Assembly: GCA_037379345.1 (NCBI GenBank)
Contig: CM074516.1
Coordinates: forward strand, 21,700,001-21,764,000
Direction: 5' to 3'
Source of the DNA: Perna viridis
Taxonomy: Eukaryota
DNA length: 64,000 nucleotides
The translations under genes and the position numbers were made by a program. Below are positions 10,561-24,579 of this stretch, piece after piece. Every line of letters starts with the position of its first letter. Positions within the stretch are counted from its first letter, which is position 1. Under the pieces are notes generated by a model that was not told the DNA's origin, made no database searches, and saw nothing but the letters and a program-made list of their open reading frames with translations.

Positions 10561-12183
10561 TTTAATTGCATTCAATTCGCCGTTAGCAGCATTTTATGGC
10601 GAAGCATCACATTAAGAATGGTCGTGATGATATTGTTCATCAAGATAAAATGGTAGAACGGGGATCATGGGGAGAAATAGCACTGAACTTATTTGTAACC
10701 AAAACAAACATGACCAAGGTAAAGTCAATAAGGAGGTCTGTATTGAATGTATTACTGATGCCATCTAGTTCATTCTAAATATAAATTAAAAAAAAACAAG
10801 TTCAATGAAGAAAACATTATATGTAGGCGTGATGACGACCTGGCTTTGACTGATAACGCGCATTAATATTCCAAATTATCGCCACAAATGCGTGTTATTG
10901 TAGTTTCGTTAAAAGAATACGGCTGCTAATAGATTTTCTATGCATATTACTACTATTGTAACAAACGATTAACATTTTTTTTTGTTCTTGCGAGTTAAAG
11001 AAATGCCAGAGACATTTTAGCACACGTCATTAATCACAGAGGAAGAAATTTTAATTCCACGGAACGACTTTAAATGAAACTGTACTTTACTTTTATCTTG
11101 TACTACAAATTCTCGTTTAAAGTACTTTAAACGATTACATGTAAACTGAACAGCATCTGACGTCTCTACATACCTCTTCTTAAAGAAGAAATATAAAGGA
11201 AAACAAATCCATAACTTACTTTTCCTAGAACTATATACTTTATTTTTTTTGTTTTGTTTCTTGCTTTGTTTTTCGATTTTTATATATTTGTATTATGCTC
11301 TTTTTAAATATTAACTTCATTCTGGAGCACCAAATTTTGTTTTGCTGGGATTTATGACATTTATGACCTACAGACTTCCAACTGTGATAAAAACACATTA
11401 CAGCTATGCTATTGGAACATGGTTATGCTACTTGTAGAAAATAATCTACAAAACTATCAATTTGTAAAACTCAAAAGCGCTGCGGCTTTTTTCCCTGTAT
11501 TATTCTTGGTAAATCTTTTCGATACAAGATTTGGCGTCCTATTTCCATTTTGTAAGTTCTTCCTTTATGCAATATTTTTTTTTGGATTAAGACATTCCTA
11601 TGTATATGATATTGAAGGGAGGATGCTCCTTATGATACGATGATACGTGTACTGCATAAAAATATAGTAATACTGACGTGAGTGGTATTTTTATATCTAG
11701 AAATTTGACTGTCGTCAACTTAAAAAACAATGATGTGTGCTTATTTGCACCAAACCATATACGTTAATAGTATTCCACAATCAAATAAATTTCCGAATAT
11801 GACTGCATTCACTATTACTACTACCTTCTTGTTGATATGGAGTTTTTTTTTCGTTTGCTGAACACTACAACTATTTTTTTTATTTACCTTTTCTAGAATA
11901 TATCTACATGTATTACTTTACGGCCAGAAAATAATTACGACACATATTAAATACTGATCTCATGAGATATAATAGCATTTGGTCATCATAGCTATGTTTT
12001 GTTACTCACCAGGATGTATTTGGAAATATATACATTGATTTGACAGATGATGATATCATTATGGTTAAATTATTGTTTAATCGGAAGTAAAACTCATGAG
12101 CTCCTTATAAATCTGGTAAACATCTAATTGAGAAGACATGTTTGTCAGTTCATTTAGCATACTAAAAGGCAGTATTGACGTTC

Positions 12184-12827
12184 TCACTTTCTATCTTGAA
12201 GCAAAATAGTCTCCGGCTTGTATAATTTTGTAGTACTACCATTCAATTCTACGTAAATTTCTTGTTTTACTTCAGCAAAGCTAATTATACTAGCAGTAGA
12301 AGCCACCTTAATTAGAGAATTAGAACTAATGTTCAAACTTTGAGCGTTTTTATAACTAACATCACGGTCTGGTACCAAGAAATTGCCGGAACGCTTCGGG
12401 CTAAGGCTAGGGCTTCTCCAGTGCGTCGGGCTAGGACTAGAACTACGCCAATGTGTTGGACTTCCGGAACGGCTACTATCATAACCCCTATTCGTACATT
12501 GTCTTGTTAGGAAATTGTTATTAACATAGAGATTATTACACCTATGGTTTGTGTCTGCTAGAGTTAGAAGAGCACCTCCCGATTTTGAGCGTCGAATATC
12601 GTTTAAGTGAGACTGTTTTTGATTGTTGCGCCTGTATATAGACCTTCTGAGGTTAGGCGAGCGGTCAGAGTACACAAGTACCGATTTGGATTTGACACTT
12701 AATTCTAACAGTTCTTCCTGAGAATAAATACATCTACATAATGTTCTCTTAAAGGCCATCCTGTACTTTTTTGACATTAGATTATAAAGTATAGGGTTAA
12801 CAGTGGCTCCTATGTAATATAGTACAC
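12184..12827 (-). CDS. PRXamide-type GPCR, terminal exon (TM7, helix 8, long C-tail)
   Basis: tttcag acceptor. Reads GVLYYIGATVNPILYNLMSKKYRMAFKRTLCRC (NPxxY, helix 8, Cys). Spliced CDS is 262+528+126+644 = 1560 nt, i.e. 519 aa plus stop. Confidence 0.93.
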
Positions 12828-13758
12828 CTGAAATTAAACAAATGACAGAGAACTTAAAAATTATACAAATACCCTTTATACATGAAAAACACATTTATAA
12901 CTTATCTGAGTTAAAATATGTTTTAATGCTTTTTGATGATTTTTCATTTATATTAGGCAATCACAGATATGCACATATAACAAATTATATTATATTCATA
13001 CGACCACTAAATAAAAAACCCAATTGATTTTTTTATAATTTCGACTTAGCTTGTTTTTCCTTCCATGTAGCTGTCAACCCTCGTTTGACATTTAGGTATT
13101 CATAATGCCTAATTAAAAAAAAATTAAAATGATGTTTCAAAGAATAATCTTGATAGAAAGTTAGATATACTTGCTCACTCATTTACAAGTACACTAGTAA
13201 AAGTCCATCTGATTGATTATACGTTCGGTATTATGTCGATCACATATCACTTTTTGTGTTTTGCATTGCATTTCACTTCTTATTTGCAAAACAAAATCTA
13301 ACAAAACAACTTATGAGTAATATTTAATGACGTACACAATTATTTTAATCATATAATGAATATACCCTTTCGTTCTAATAAGCAAGATCAGTTGGTACGT
13401 GAAGTAAACGATATACATTCCCATACAAACAGATTTCAACAAAACTTTTACGGGAAAGTGTTGGCCTTACCTCTCGGAAGTTCAAACTGAGCCTTCTAAA
13501 GATCTATTATAGTTGGACGATCCGAAGCTTTATTAGCACCGATGAAATTATATAATGTTGGCTTAATGCCGGAAAAAAAACCAAAAAGCAATCTTTCTAA
13601 GAATCCGACATTGCATTTTGCTTTGTCTATAAAATGAATTTTTGTTCTTTAACATTAGATTTTTATACTGTAATGAGAGCCACATAAAAAGACAGACTGT
13701 TTCCTTAACATCAAAAATACTGTTTTATACATGTTTTTTTTACATATATACATTAAGT

Positions 13759-13974
13759 TCATTTTCTATTCGATTTAAATGATTAAATGAATCATTTTAT
13801 TCCACTAAATAAATGAGAAGATACATGTACATATGTAATCATTTTTCTTTGTTGTAACAGTAAAGCAAGACTAGCAAAGTTCATATACTAACTTCAATGG
13901 ATTAATACTAACTTTATTGAATTAACACTAACTGCATTGATTTATTAAATCATTTAAATCGAATGGAAAATGAA
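13759..13974. repeat. AT-rich inverted repeat (~36-bp arms), possible MITE
   Basis: ttcattttctattcgatttaaatgatt / aatcatttaaatcgaatggaaaatgaa. Confidence 0.6.
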
Positions 13975-15776
13975 TATTTCTTGTTCTTAATGTTTAGTTT
14001 ACTCTTGGTTGTATTTGTCACGCAATTATAAATTCTTTAATTTTTCTGCTCTGAATGTTTAGTTTGTTTTGGTCCGCTAACTTATTTAGTCACACAAATG
14101 GGAATACTGAAATAAATTTAGAATTAGGTAAAAAAAAACCATTTTCTTCCTTAACATTGAGTTTGTTGTGATCAACCAAGTTGTGTTTGTCACGTAAATG
14201 GGATTCATTGACTTTTTTTGCACAATGGCAATTAGTAGGTAATGGACAAAATCATCTAGCGGTCAGATTGTCATGAATTGCATGACTCAAGCCATTATCC
14301 ATCAAAGTTCTAATTTCCTGAGGTTTGTAAGTTGGTTTTGCCAATGTAGTTATTTAATTTATACTAGTTATCAGTTTATTTGACATATTGACGTCACTTT
14401 GATAATTCAATTAATTTTCATTTAAGCGTCTAGACCTCAACCATCAGCGAGAAAATTGTTTATTGCACTCCTACATCTTAATATTTTCTTTCTGTTTGAT
14501 GGATACGTAAGTTTCAATATCCGCTAGATAAAACAGGCAATCCTTCACCAATTTGTGTATGAAATTGCTAATCTTCACAGCGTCTTCTCTCCCACGACTC
14601 ATAACCTGATGCTCGATTTAACTTCTCAAAAATAAAAATGTGGTACTTAAAAAACATTTTACACCTTTTGGAATATTATATTACGTTTTGTAATGCTTTC
14701 ATTAACGTTTTGTTTTCAGCGTTAGTGAAAGGCATTATAAAACTTATATAGTTCATAGACTTCAACGGGAAATACCTCTGCATGTGCATAGTCTAAAGCA
14801 ATACTCCATGTGTTATTTTATTTCCTTGTTATTTGTTTGTTTCCGTTTTGCCATTTGCGTACATAGTCCACAGCTGATACCATGTTACCTTATACAGCTT
14901 TAATCGTATGAAACTCTTATGATAAGATCACTTGCTGTAGTTTCATGTTTATTTGTAGGGTACCAATATATGTGGTTTTAGTCGGTACTGTTGAACCGAG
15001 AAACTAATAATCCAACGAATAATAATATCCGTCAATGAATATCAAATCAGATCGATTTCGATTTTAAATATATAACTTTGGTATCATTCAATTAGCAAGG
15101 TGACCGAAGCCTTAGCGAGTGGTTGACATCCTGTCAACCCGTTATTGTATTATCAGTTGTGTTTTATCCATAAATAGACTAAACACTTTTTCCTCTTTTA
15201 TATATTAAATAAATTGTACATTTGTATTCTTGGTATTTTCCGTTTGTCCATCGGTAGCTTATGTCGTTATAGGTTAAAGTGACGCTCGTTTAGCTCGAGG
15301 TTTCACAACGTTTTGCTTACCACAGAAGTAACAATTGCACCTGAAGTTTTCGTTCACATGAATTTTGACTTAACAGAACTTTTAAATGTAATCAGGGAAA
15401 TGAAAATGTAAGTCTTTTTTTCCCGAACGGGTATATGTGTATCACATACATAACTTCTTTTCTAATAAGAAGAACCGGTGTATTAGGGAATGCCTTTTCA
15501 GTGTCAGTTGTTCAACACGTACTAATGGCCATGCACATAAAAATGAATATTCGTTTTAGATATTGTACAAAAATTGATTTGCTTAGTAATGAGTATGCCG
15601 GAATAGCACTCAAATTCGTCGATTTTTTAAAATCTTTTATTGTCAACGATGTCTAATTTAAGTATCCAAATGAAATGTTTTTCTTTCCGTTTACTAAGAA
15701 AATTAAATCAACGAAAAAATGAAACCATAGTAAAAGGACAAACATTTTGAGGGATCGATTTTTACCCTTTACGTAC

Positions 15777-15902
15777 CTGATATGTAAAACAATATTGATT
15801 GAATATCTAACAGAAGTGGTGTCCAGACCGACACATACGATGTTATAAGGCGCTGTGCGTTAAATGGTGCCCAACAGCAAAAGAAAGCAACAACAACGGC
15901 AA
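15777..15902 (-). CDS. PRXamide-type GPCR, coding exon 3 (TM6, ECL3, start of TM7)
   Basis: ttttacag acceptor and CAG|GTACGT donor. 126 bp, phase 1/1. Reads VAVVVAFFCCWAPFNAQRLITSYVSVWTPLLLDIQSILFYISG (CWxP). Not in the ORF track. Confidence 0.93.
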
Positions 15903-16623
15903 CTGTAAAAGAGAATCAGAAATGTGACGTTATAGAGTTTAAGATGATTGGTGGGTTCTAATTTATTTATGTCCAATTAATGATAATTAATGCATTGCAA
16001 ACATTGTGTATTCTACCTGTGGCATAGATAAAATATGAACTGAACCGACCTTTTCTCATGATGCGGATGAATCAGTCATGAGGAAAATATGCCACATTTC
16101 TACACACTAGTATCTTACTTTTTTTCTTTTACAATATCCTTGATAAATGATTGTTGGTCGCAAACCTATAATTTGATTGCAGAAGCTGTCTATCGTCGAC
16201 AGTAGATTTAATCCACGTCTATTTTCAATTGAGGGAAGCTGATTTTAACATTACTGAACTAATAAATCCCAACTTATCCTTACCATAAGTGGTAAAAGGA
16301 AACGGTAACTATAAGTCAAGCTTGATGATTTTAACTAATTATTTGGCTATATTTCATCAATTTTTTTTTAGAATATGGAATATATTATTACTTATGTTTT
16401 TAGCGAAAAGAAAGACATAAAAACCGTCAGTCATATACTTATGAGATGAGCTGTTTAATCAAAATACTATATAACTAGACATCATCAAGAGATTTCAACT
16501 GAATCAAATTCACCTAGTAACTAATATTAACGTTTAAAAGTCAGATTTCGGATATTGATGAAACTCAAATAAGGTATATTCGAAGCACATGCATACAAGC
16601 ACTTTGTCATTGACTTTACTTAC

Positions 16624-17151
16624 CTAACATTTTAACAACAGCGTTTCGTGCTCTCATTTTCGTTGAGATTTTATCATTGGTGTGCCTTTTTTGTTGAAAG
16701 TCAGATTGGCTCAAAGCCTTGCCAATGAGTATATACATTATAGTTATTAAAGACATTGGAAAAATAAAGAACACAAACGCTGACATCTGGAAGACGTGCT
16801 TCATCTGAGAGAGCCACTTCAGTGGAATATTGCATACAAGAGATTCAGGAAGGTGTGTACCATTGTAGGGCACATAGTAATATATCCTTGTATGGACCGG
16901 ATACGGAAGTGCAAACAACGCTGCTAGCACCCAAATAATGCAGATTATCTTTACAGCACGCCGAAGGTTTGATAACGTTTGTGACTTGATTGGATGACAA
17001 ATTGCAATATACCTCTCGACAGTAAAGGCAGTTATTGTCAGCACCGAGGAATATGACATCATTTCTATCAAAAACGATCTGAAAATGCAAAATCCTTCAC
17101 CAAATCGCCATGGATATGCTTCCCAAATACTATACAATTCCGGTGGAAGAC
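16624..17151 (-). CDS. PRXamide-type GPCR, coding exon 2 (TM2 end to ICL3)
   Basis: cttttgtag acceptor and TAG|GTAAGT donor. 528 bp, phase 1/1. Reads GLPPELYSIWEAYPWRFGEGFC...SVLTITAFTVERYIAICHP (ERY motif), then TM4 and TM5. Confidence 0.95.
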
Positions 17152-18429
17152 CTACAAAAGTTAATTTTAATGTAGTTTCTATCAGTCTATATTATAACCC
17201 TTAGAGAAATCTAATGTAGAAAATTCTACAACGAGTTTTGAAATCTACTAAAATCTTCCGACAAGAATTTCACATAATATGATATGCATCACATAAGAGC
17301 AATTTTTTATTTGAGTTCTTTCGTGAAAGAATAAAATTCAATGCAACTATGGTTCCAAACAAAGTATCAGGATGTTTTTTTGGTTTTTATGTTTTTTTCT
17401 TTCATTCGTTTTTTTTTTATTTGTGTTTTATCTGGTTTCCATGGAAGAACCAGGCAGTGGTTGGCAAATGCCAATTATTTTTAAATCATCAATGAGAGAT
17501 CTAAAACTCCTATTTTTTAAAACTTGAATGTTGTTTTTAATTTTCTGCATTGTTAAGAATGGAATACATTTTCTGCACAATTTTGAATTAAAAGAAATCA
17601 CTCTTTGATCTTGGCATATTTTAGTTGACTTGTAAGGGAGCTTTGAACATATATTTAGAGTAATCTACTTTTGATGTAGAAAATACCTGACCAATCTGAT
17701 ATCATAATCATTTTAATCCTATGGATTAACGGATAAAAAATGGTATAATTGTTTTTTTTTCTGTGTTACCCATATTTTAGAATCCACGTGGTTTCTATAA
17801 GGACGGTAACATAAAGTACATTGCAATATTATGAATTTACTTTTGACATTAAAAAAAAAAGAGTTTCACCAAAAAACTGATATTTAAAAGTTTTGAAATC
17901 ATTTTTTAATAAAGAGATAGAGAAGAAACCGAATTTCAAATTGGTGAAAATAATCTTTGAAGCTAAGTCTATATGCTTTAATCATTCAGTAATGTTATTT
18001 CCTCTAGCCTTTTAGTCTGCTCAGCACCACGAGAAATCAAAATAACTTTAATAAATGAAATAATATATAGCAGGAAAGAAAATAAAAATTACAATACCGT
18101 CCATTATTTGATAAGATGAATATCCCATGCGCTTTTGCAAAATAAAACTTAGAATAATATGACATAACGAGGAACAGCTTACAATTATACTCTGAGTTAT
18201 TCAATTACTGGTCGCATTTCAATACACCAAAATACAATTATATAAATCGATACTAATAACTCAAGAATAATATATAGAAAAAAAATAACAAATGTTTATC
18301 ACAGACATGATTGTTAACAGCCATTATTTTTGTTACATATTTGATTCTTAGAAATAAGTCTAGTTCTACATGCAACAAATCCCTCATAATGTTGATAAAT
18401 ACATGTATCGACAAAAATACTGGTGTGTC

Positions 18430-18980
18430 ACCAGTGGGATGATTAAAAAAAGGTAAAAAACCCAAATCATTCCTTAAACGTGAACACTCGAAACCAAGAC
18501 GATCTACAGACAAAGTGTAGCAAATCAAATAAAACAGATTGTGCATAAAAACTGATCATAATGGGGAAAAGACATAAAAACTTATCATAATGGGGAAGAC
18601 ATAAAAAACTGAAAATGACGTCACTAAAAACTAAAGCACTAGCTATATGAACTCCCACCAGGTGCTCCGGAAGGGTAAGCATGTCCTATTGGAAGTGAGT
18701 ATAATTTTGTAATTATCTAGCAGCTCTGTGATACCAGTCAAACACTATTCACAGTCGGTAATGAGTCAATCATATAAAACGTCGAATCTTATTAAAGATA
18801 TCTTGTCTCATATTTGAGACTGAAACTTTATATCGGTCTATCAACTTTTGATGTCGACCGTAGGACTTCTGCAGTGATGTAATTAACAAAGGCTGAATAT
18901 ACCCTTGATTGAGAAGAGTAATTCCGTGTACAGAAGTTGTACCAGTTGTCTCTTTTATTTCAAGTTCAATTTGGGTAGAA
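18430..18980 (-). mobile_element. Second, diverged Penelope-like family remnant
   Basis: ORF 18770-19009 reads ELEIKETTGTTS...LLNQGYIQPLLITSLQKSYGRHQKLIDRYKVSVS. A variant 3' motif ATGCTTACCCTTCCGGAGCACCTG lies at ~18658-18682. Confidence 0.7.
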
Positions 18981-18984
18981 TAAA

Positions 18985-19780
18985 AGAGTAATCGAGGGAA
19001 CCAAGACACAAGCGGAAATTAAAAGAATGTAATCCAGGTAGAGACCAGAAAACAAACACAACAAAGAACGCAAAGTAATTTAAAAAAATACATACAAAGC
19101 AACAAGAGTAAATGAGCAACTCGTACTCAACTAAAAACTGGGAGCATGCACCAGGTGCACCGGGTTAGCGTCCCCTGTTTTTTCTAGAAACACCCACCGA
19201 GTTGCTCATAAAATGTCCGTGGTAAACGAAATAGGGAAGGGAAACTATGACACGTAGAATAAATCAGTTTTCACGGAGTAGATGGATACACCGTAACGAT
19301 CCACGAGTTCATGATGACGACCACAAAACTTCTGAAGTGATGACTTCAATCTTGTAGTAACATATTCCTGTTCCAGAAGCCTAATTGTAAGAATTCTAGA
19401 GTGATACAAAAGTCTGCGTAGTTACTTAAATGTAGGCATTATTCATAAACAACATATATTCTGTAAAACGGAAACTGAAATTGAAGTACTGGGCTTCTCG
19501 CTTCTCAGTTTTCTGTCGGAGCCTTTGTAAGAAGCTGGCTTCATAGGGATAGATTGGCCAAGAAGGGCGCACAAATTGTTCCTATAGGTTTCCTGATAGT
19601 CTATTTAAATACATGTCCCCCAATTCCATCATTTTATTAAGATCAGAGGTTTTGTTATAATCGGTGTGTCTCACAAATTCACAAAATAAGGCTTTTCTCT
19701 ATGTAGTACTAGATAAGAATATCTTTTTAATTACCTGCTTCGTATAAAATCATTTGTGAAAAAACTCGTTTCGGCGAACT
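18985..19780 (-). mobile_element. Penelope-like element copy with RT remnants
   Basis: 3' module at 18985-19250, RT C-terminus at 19280-19440 and a more diverged RT-like segment to ~19780. Confidence 0.75.
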
Positions 19781-20021
19781 GCACTGTTGCAGCAAGCCTC
19801 CTACCATGTTAAAGTCACTTGCATATTGACTGGTGCTACTGGTGGACAAGGACGAGCTACCATGATATCAATTACAGCTTTCTTTGGAGGAGTTTACATT
19901 GCTACCCCTTCAGATGTTTGTTACGTTTTTCTTTAATTATCTAAAATTTTTCTATATAATATCTTTTATTCTGTACGCTTTATTTTGTATTTTGTTTTAT
20001 GTTTTCACATTCAATATGTTT

Positions 20022-20227
20022 TGCTTATCCTACCGGTGCACCTGGTCCATGCTCCCAGTTTTTTAGTGTAATTCGAGTTGCTCATTTGCTTTTGTTACTT
20101 TGTATGTATGTATGATTTTAGTTACTTTATGTTCTTTGTTGTGTATGTCTGTTTTCCATGTCTGGTCCTTGTCCCTGGATTAAATTTTTTTATAACCGGT
20201 ATAACCTTGGTTCCCTTGATTACTCTT
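20022..20227 (+). mobile_element. PLE 3' module copy
   Basis: gcttatcctaccggtgcacctggtccatgctccc...ttgattactct. Confidence 0.85.
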
Positions 20228-23067
20228 CTGTATGGCGTGACAAGTTTTATACTTCGATTAAATGTAGGAACAAACAACTTCGTTCTATTTATTCTGTTAT
20301 TCAAACAATGCTTGTGGTTTTTGCCATTATATAGTGTCGGTTTCTGTTCTACCTGTCTGTTTTGTAAATTAATATCGGAACTTGAAAATTGAAACAAAAA
20401 CAAACAAAAAGAAAGAAAAAAAACTGCGAGAATTTACAATTTGAACATAATTCAGGTAAGAATACATGATGTATAAATAAAATAGATAAGACTTATCTTT
20501 ACTTAACTGCCAAAGACATGACTTAAATGCACTAAGATTCTCCTTGTGATTTGTTTGATTTAATGACATAGTAGCTTTTACAAAACAATACTAAAGACAA
20601 ATGTAACATTATCCGAAATAAATTGCATACGTATCAGAGACCACTTAGATATATATTTTACATCGTAATTGATCCTCAGATTTTCAAATCAATGATATTT
20701 AACTTATACAAGGAAAGGCAAACACATCTAGGGAAAAAAAGCCATACATCTGATCAATTTGACAAATATCATTCATTATTTTGAGAAGCACTCGTTACTT
20801 GATAAAACACCGCATTACTGCTATATTATTAACTGAATCAAATTTATGACTTCAATTATAATTGCTTATTGATGTTTTGAACAAAATCATTTTATTTGTT
20901 TTCTTGACATCCTCCAAAATAAAATAAAAACAAACAACAAAATAGCCATCACATGTTTTCGGAAAAAATAAATAAACGATGGAACAAAACAAAAACAAAA
21001 ATAAAAGAAAACCCAAAGAATGAAAAGGAACCAAAAAAAGAGATTTAGAGCTGTACCTAACTTATTTTTATCGAAGCAAAACAGAACAAAATAGAAATGT
21101 AAAAAACTTTTTGCGATAAATCAAAACACTTTGATGAATTGTTGCGTAGGTTAATTTAGTTTGAATTAATGTTTCATTAGGACATGAATTAAACAATATT
21201 GGGTTTTACGTTTTCGAAAGGACGATACTTACTTCCATTTTTAGGGAACACTAATGAAAGGACAATAAAATATCATATAACGGAATGAAATCAGACCAAT
21301 TTAAACAAATTAAAATCATCATTTAAAAACAAGACAGATTAAAACAAGGTAAGAAGTAAAACATCCAAACAATATAAAAAAAACAAGAAGAGCCCAAAAA
21401 CAAAAACAAAACAAACAAAAGAAAAGCCATTAATGTATGAATGAACTATATATGTGAATGGTTAACTATGTCAATTTAAACTTTGTTGTTTTTTCCTTGA
21501 TTCTGTTAATAAAATGAATCAAAATGGATGAGCAATATTTCAGAATGTACTAATTCAAGCCACCAACTCAAGTGCCCATTTTTCTTTCTTTGACTAATGG
21601 GCATAACGGACTTAAAGTTCTGATATATGTAAGTTTTACATATTGAAAAATTATTAACCATTCCCGGAAAACACACGCATTTTTCTACGTGGGCACATAG
21701 TTTGTGGTATATTGAACACAAATTGACGTCTCATTTGTCTTAGACGTGTCATAGGATGCATAAAAGCGAGTTCAAAGTTGCAAAAGAAAGATAGGGGAAA
21801 GTGAGTTATATTGCTTTATTCTTTGATAATTTCCCATAGAGTGTTTAGTATCAGTATTGTTTCATTCCAAATTCATGTAGGCGGTCAGAGCTTAGTTTTT
21901 GCAGTAGCATAAAACAAATAAAATCAACAATCAGTTTAGAAAAATGTATTAAATTAATATTTTAAATTATTTTTTATGTTGCATTTACTCGATTATTCAA
22001 TCGTCCTAAGACGCATAGTTATTATTGTTTCAATTATCGAACAAACAATAGCTTGACATTTATCATATTTAACATAAGATGGAGATCATAAACAAGAATT
22101 TTCTAATTTGATTTTTGTGAGTTGTTGAAAAGCAATGTTTATACAGCACTTAAATTAGTTCTTTTATTCTAATATTGGTTGACCTTGAAAAGGGATTGCC
22201 AATTGAATAAAATGATTACAGAATAACAAAACAAACCAGAAAAGGAAGGGCCTTTTATTTATAACATACAGAGTTGCCTCTGTACTTCATTTAAACCTAC
22301 AAGTTTTTAACAAAGGGAATTTTGAGTGTTATATGTACTTGTAAGATTTTCATATTCTGAGTGGCATTTTTCGTTTCAGAAATCACGGAGTAAGAAAACG
22401 CAAACGTTACAGGGATTAAGACAATTTCTTAACATTCTTTAGTTTTCATTTAATTTCCGAACTCTTCCGGTTCTATCCATTTCATAGCATTGATATTTAT
22501 TGCCGTAATGACCCCCGTTTTATTTCAATAGTTTCATTAAGCACATTATAATGTCATTAGAATTTCTGTAAAATCTTTATTATTTTTTCGGGAGGTTTCT
22601 TAAATAGTACCTACTAAGACAAAATCTATGAAAATCCAAGAGAAATCCTTTCCCCGCTAAAATTTTAAATGCGTCTATCGATTAAACGGACACACTGATC
22701 AATCAGTTTTATCCTTATTATTTTCTAGTATGAAAGGTCTTAAAAGATTTCAAAACCCTACGAAATCAGCGGTATTTTTAAACTGAGCAGCGAAGATCCT
22801 GAACCATTCACATGAGTAATAAAAGTATATATGATCTTTTAGTCTACTAGCATGCAAAAGATTAAAGAAAATTGGTTCATGTCGATGTTGCTGTTTTTTT
22901 TTAATTACATTTTAACATAATTATGATAAAAAAATATCTATATGTTCTAACGAAACATTAACAATAGAACCAGTCTCATGAAAATAGATAAAAAAACAAA
23001 AGACGCGAATAAAATTGGAAATTCATACTCAAAACATATTTTATACTAAATACAGCTCACTCTTTAT

Positions 23068-23224
23068 TAACAACTCGGCGGGTGTTTCTAGAAAAGCAGA
23101 GGACTCCAACCCAACCGGTGCACAACATTGTCTATGCTCCCATTTTTTAATGAAGTCCTAGTTCCTCTATTACTTTGTACATATTTTTCTTAATTTATTT
23201 TTATTCTTCCCTTGATCACTCTCT
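23068..23224 (+). mobile_element. PLE 3' module copy, degraded
   Basis: caactcggcgggtgtttctagaaaagcagagg...cccttgatcactct. Confidence 0.7.
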
Positions 23225-23529
23225 TTTATCAATTATAATTAATTACCATTCTGTTTAAAAATCAGTCAATGGATGGCACATTATTTTCCCCAATTTAGTC
23301 ATTTTTGCCTAAAATATATTCAGTACACCTAGAAAACATCCAAAAGCTATTTAAATTTATCCTGAAGCATCTGTGACGTAGATATTTTTTACTGCTTATA
23401 TAGGGAAAAAGTGAAGGAAAATTTTTCCGCCATTTTTTCATACTGCATTTCAACTAAATATTACCTACCAATATCTTAGAAAGTCAAATTTTACAAACTC
23501 TTTGATGGTTATTTCTGGTGATGATCTGG

Positions 23530-23881
23530 TAAAACCTGTGTAAATTGAACCCGGACTTTTATTCGTTTTAGATAGGTGTTCGGTTTACCAAGGTTCAATA
23601 TATATTTCAATTAAAGGGACAAAAAAAAGCGTCTATTTTAGACAGCTCTTCGGATTATTCAGGGTTCGATTTAGACAGGTTTCACTGTAATTGGTTACTG
23701 CAATAAAATCTCCGGTTTTTTCCTTCATGTGCAACACCTTATATACAGAATTCGGTCGATTTATACAGGTGTTCAGTGCATCCAGGTTCAGAATACCCTA
23801 AGACTGACACAATAAAACTTCTAAACGTGTTTAGTTTATACAGCGTTTTGGTTTAATCATTGTTCGGCAGGTTTCGCTGTA
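23530..23881. mobile_element. Two adjacent MITE copies (aaacctg...caggtttcactgta family); relative at 5725-5898
   Basis: aaacctgtgtaaa / ttagacaggtttcactgta, a second caggtttcgctgta end at ~23881 and repeated ggtgttcggttta units. Confidence 0.55.
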
Positions 23882-24579
23882 TCCGCTTACATATATAAAC
23901 AGCTGTATTCGATCTGATTGTTCAGGCCCACTTATGCACTGTATCAATTCAACACATACATATGTTGTATATTGTCACACCACGTTTGAATGAAAGAAGG
24001 GTACACAATAAACGCAAAAATAACAATTGAATCAGTTAATCAATTAATCTAGTGTTTCAGTTTAAAAAGTGAAAAGTAAATACCATAATTGAAGTTTAAC
24101 CAATCATTCTGAATGTTATTAACTGCAAGTGAGTTTGTCTGTAACAGTATTCAGCCTTTTTATATTCACCATTGACAAAAATGTATCCGTTTGACATTGT
24201 ATGAAGATTTGTTACAATGTTGGAATAAATCAGTATTCTGATTTTAGTTTAGGTTAAGTGCAAGTAATGTTTAACAGACTCACATTTGAAGCTTAGACAT
24301 TAACGATTTAGAAATTGTAGCACAACACAGATAATCATATTTAAAGACTATTTTCCGAGCGACGGCTACTTCAGATGTAGACAAATTATTTTGTATCTTT
24401 CATTTTCAGTTGGTGAAAGCAGAAAAATTGAATGATCAAACTATTTTCAAGAATTTTAAATCTTTAAGAACTGCGCACGAAAATTTCATTTGAAAAGTCA
24501 AAGGCAAGAACAAAAACATGATGATAATAACATCTTACATTAGAAAAATCGTCTAACTAAATAACAAAGTTGTGGTAAT

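Noticed and set aside
14470-14740. Minus-strand MPFTNAENK… reading with protein-like stretches
   Set aside because: Interrupted by stops and frameshifts, and I cannot recognise a family.
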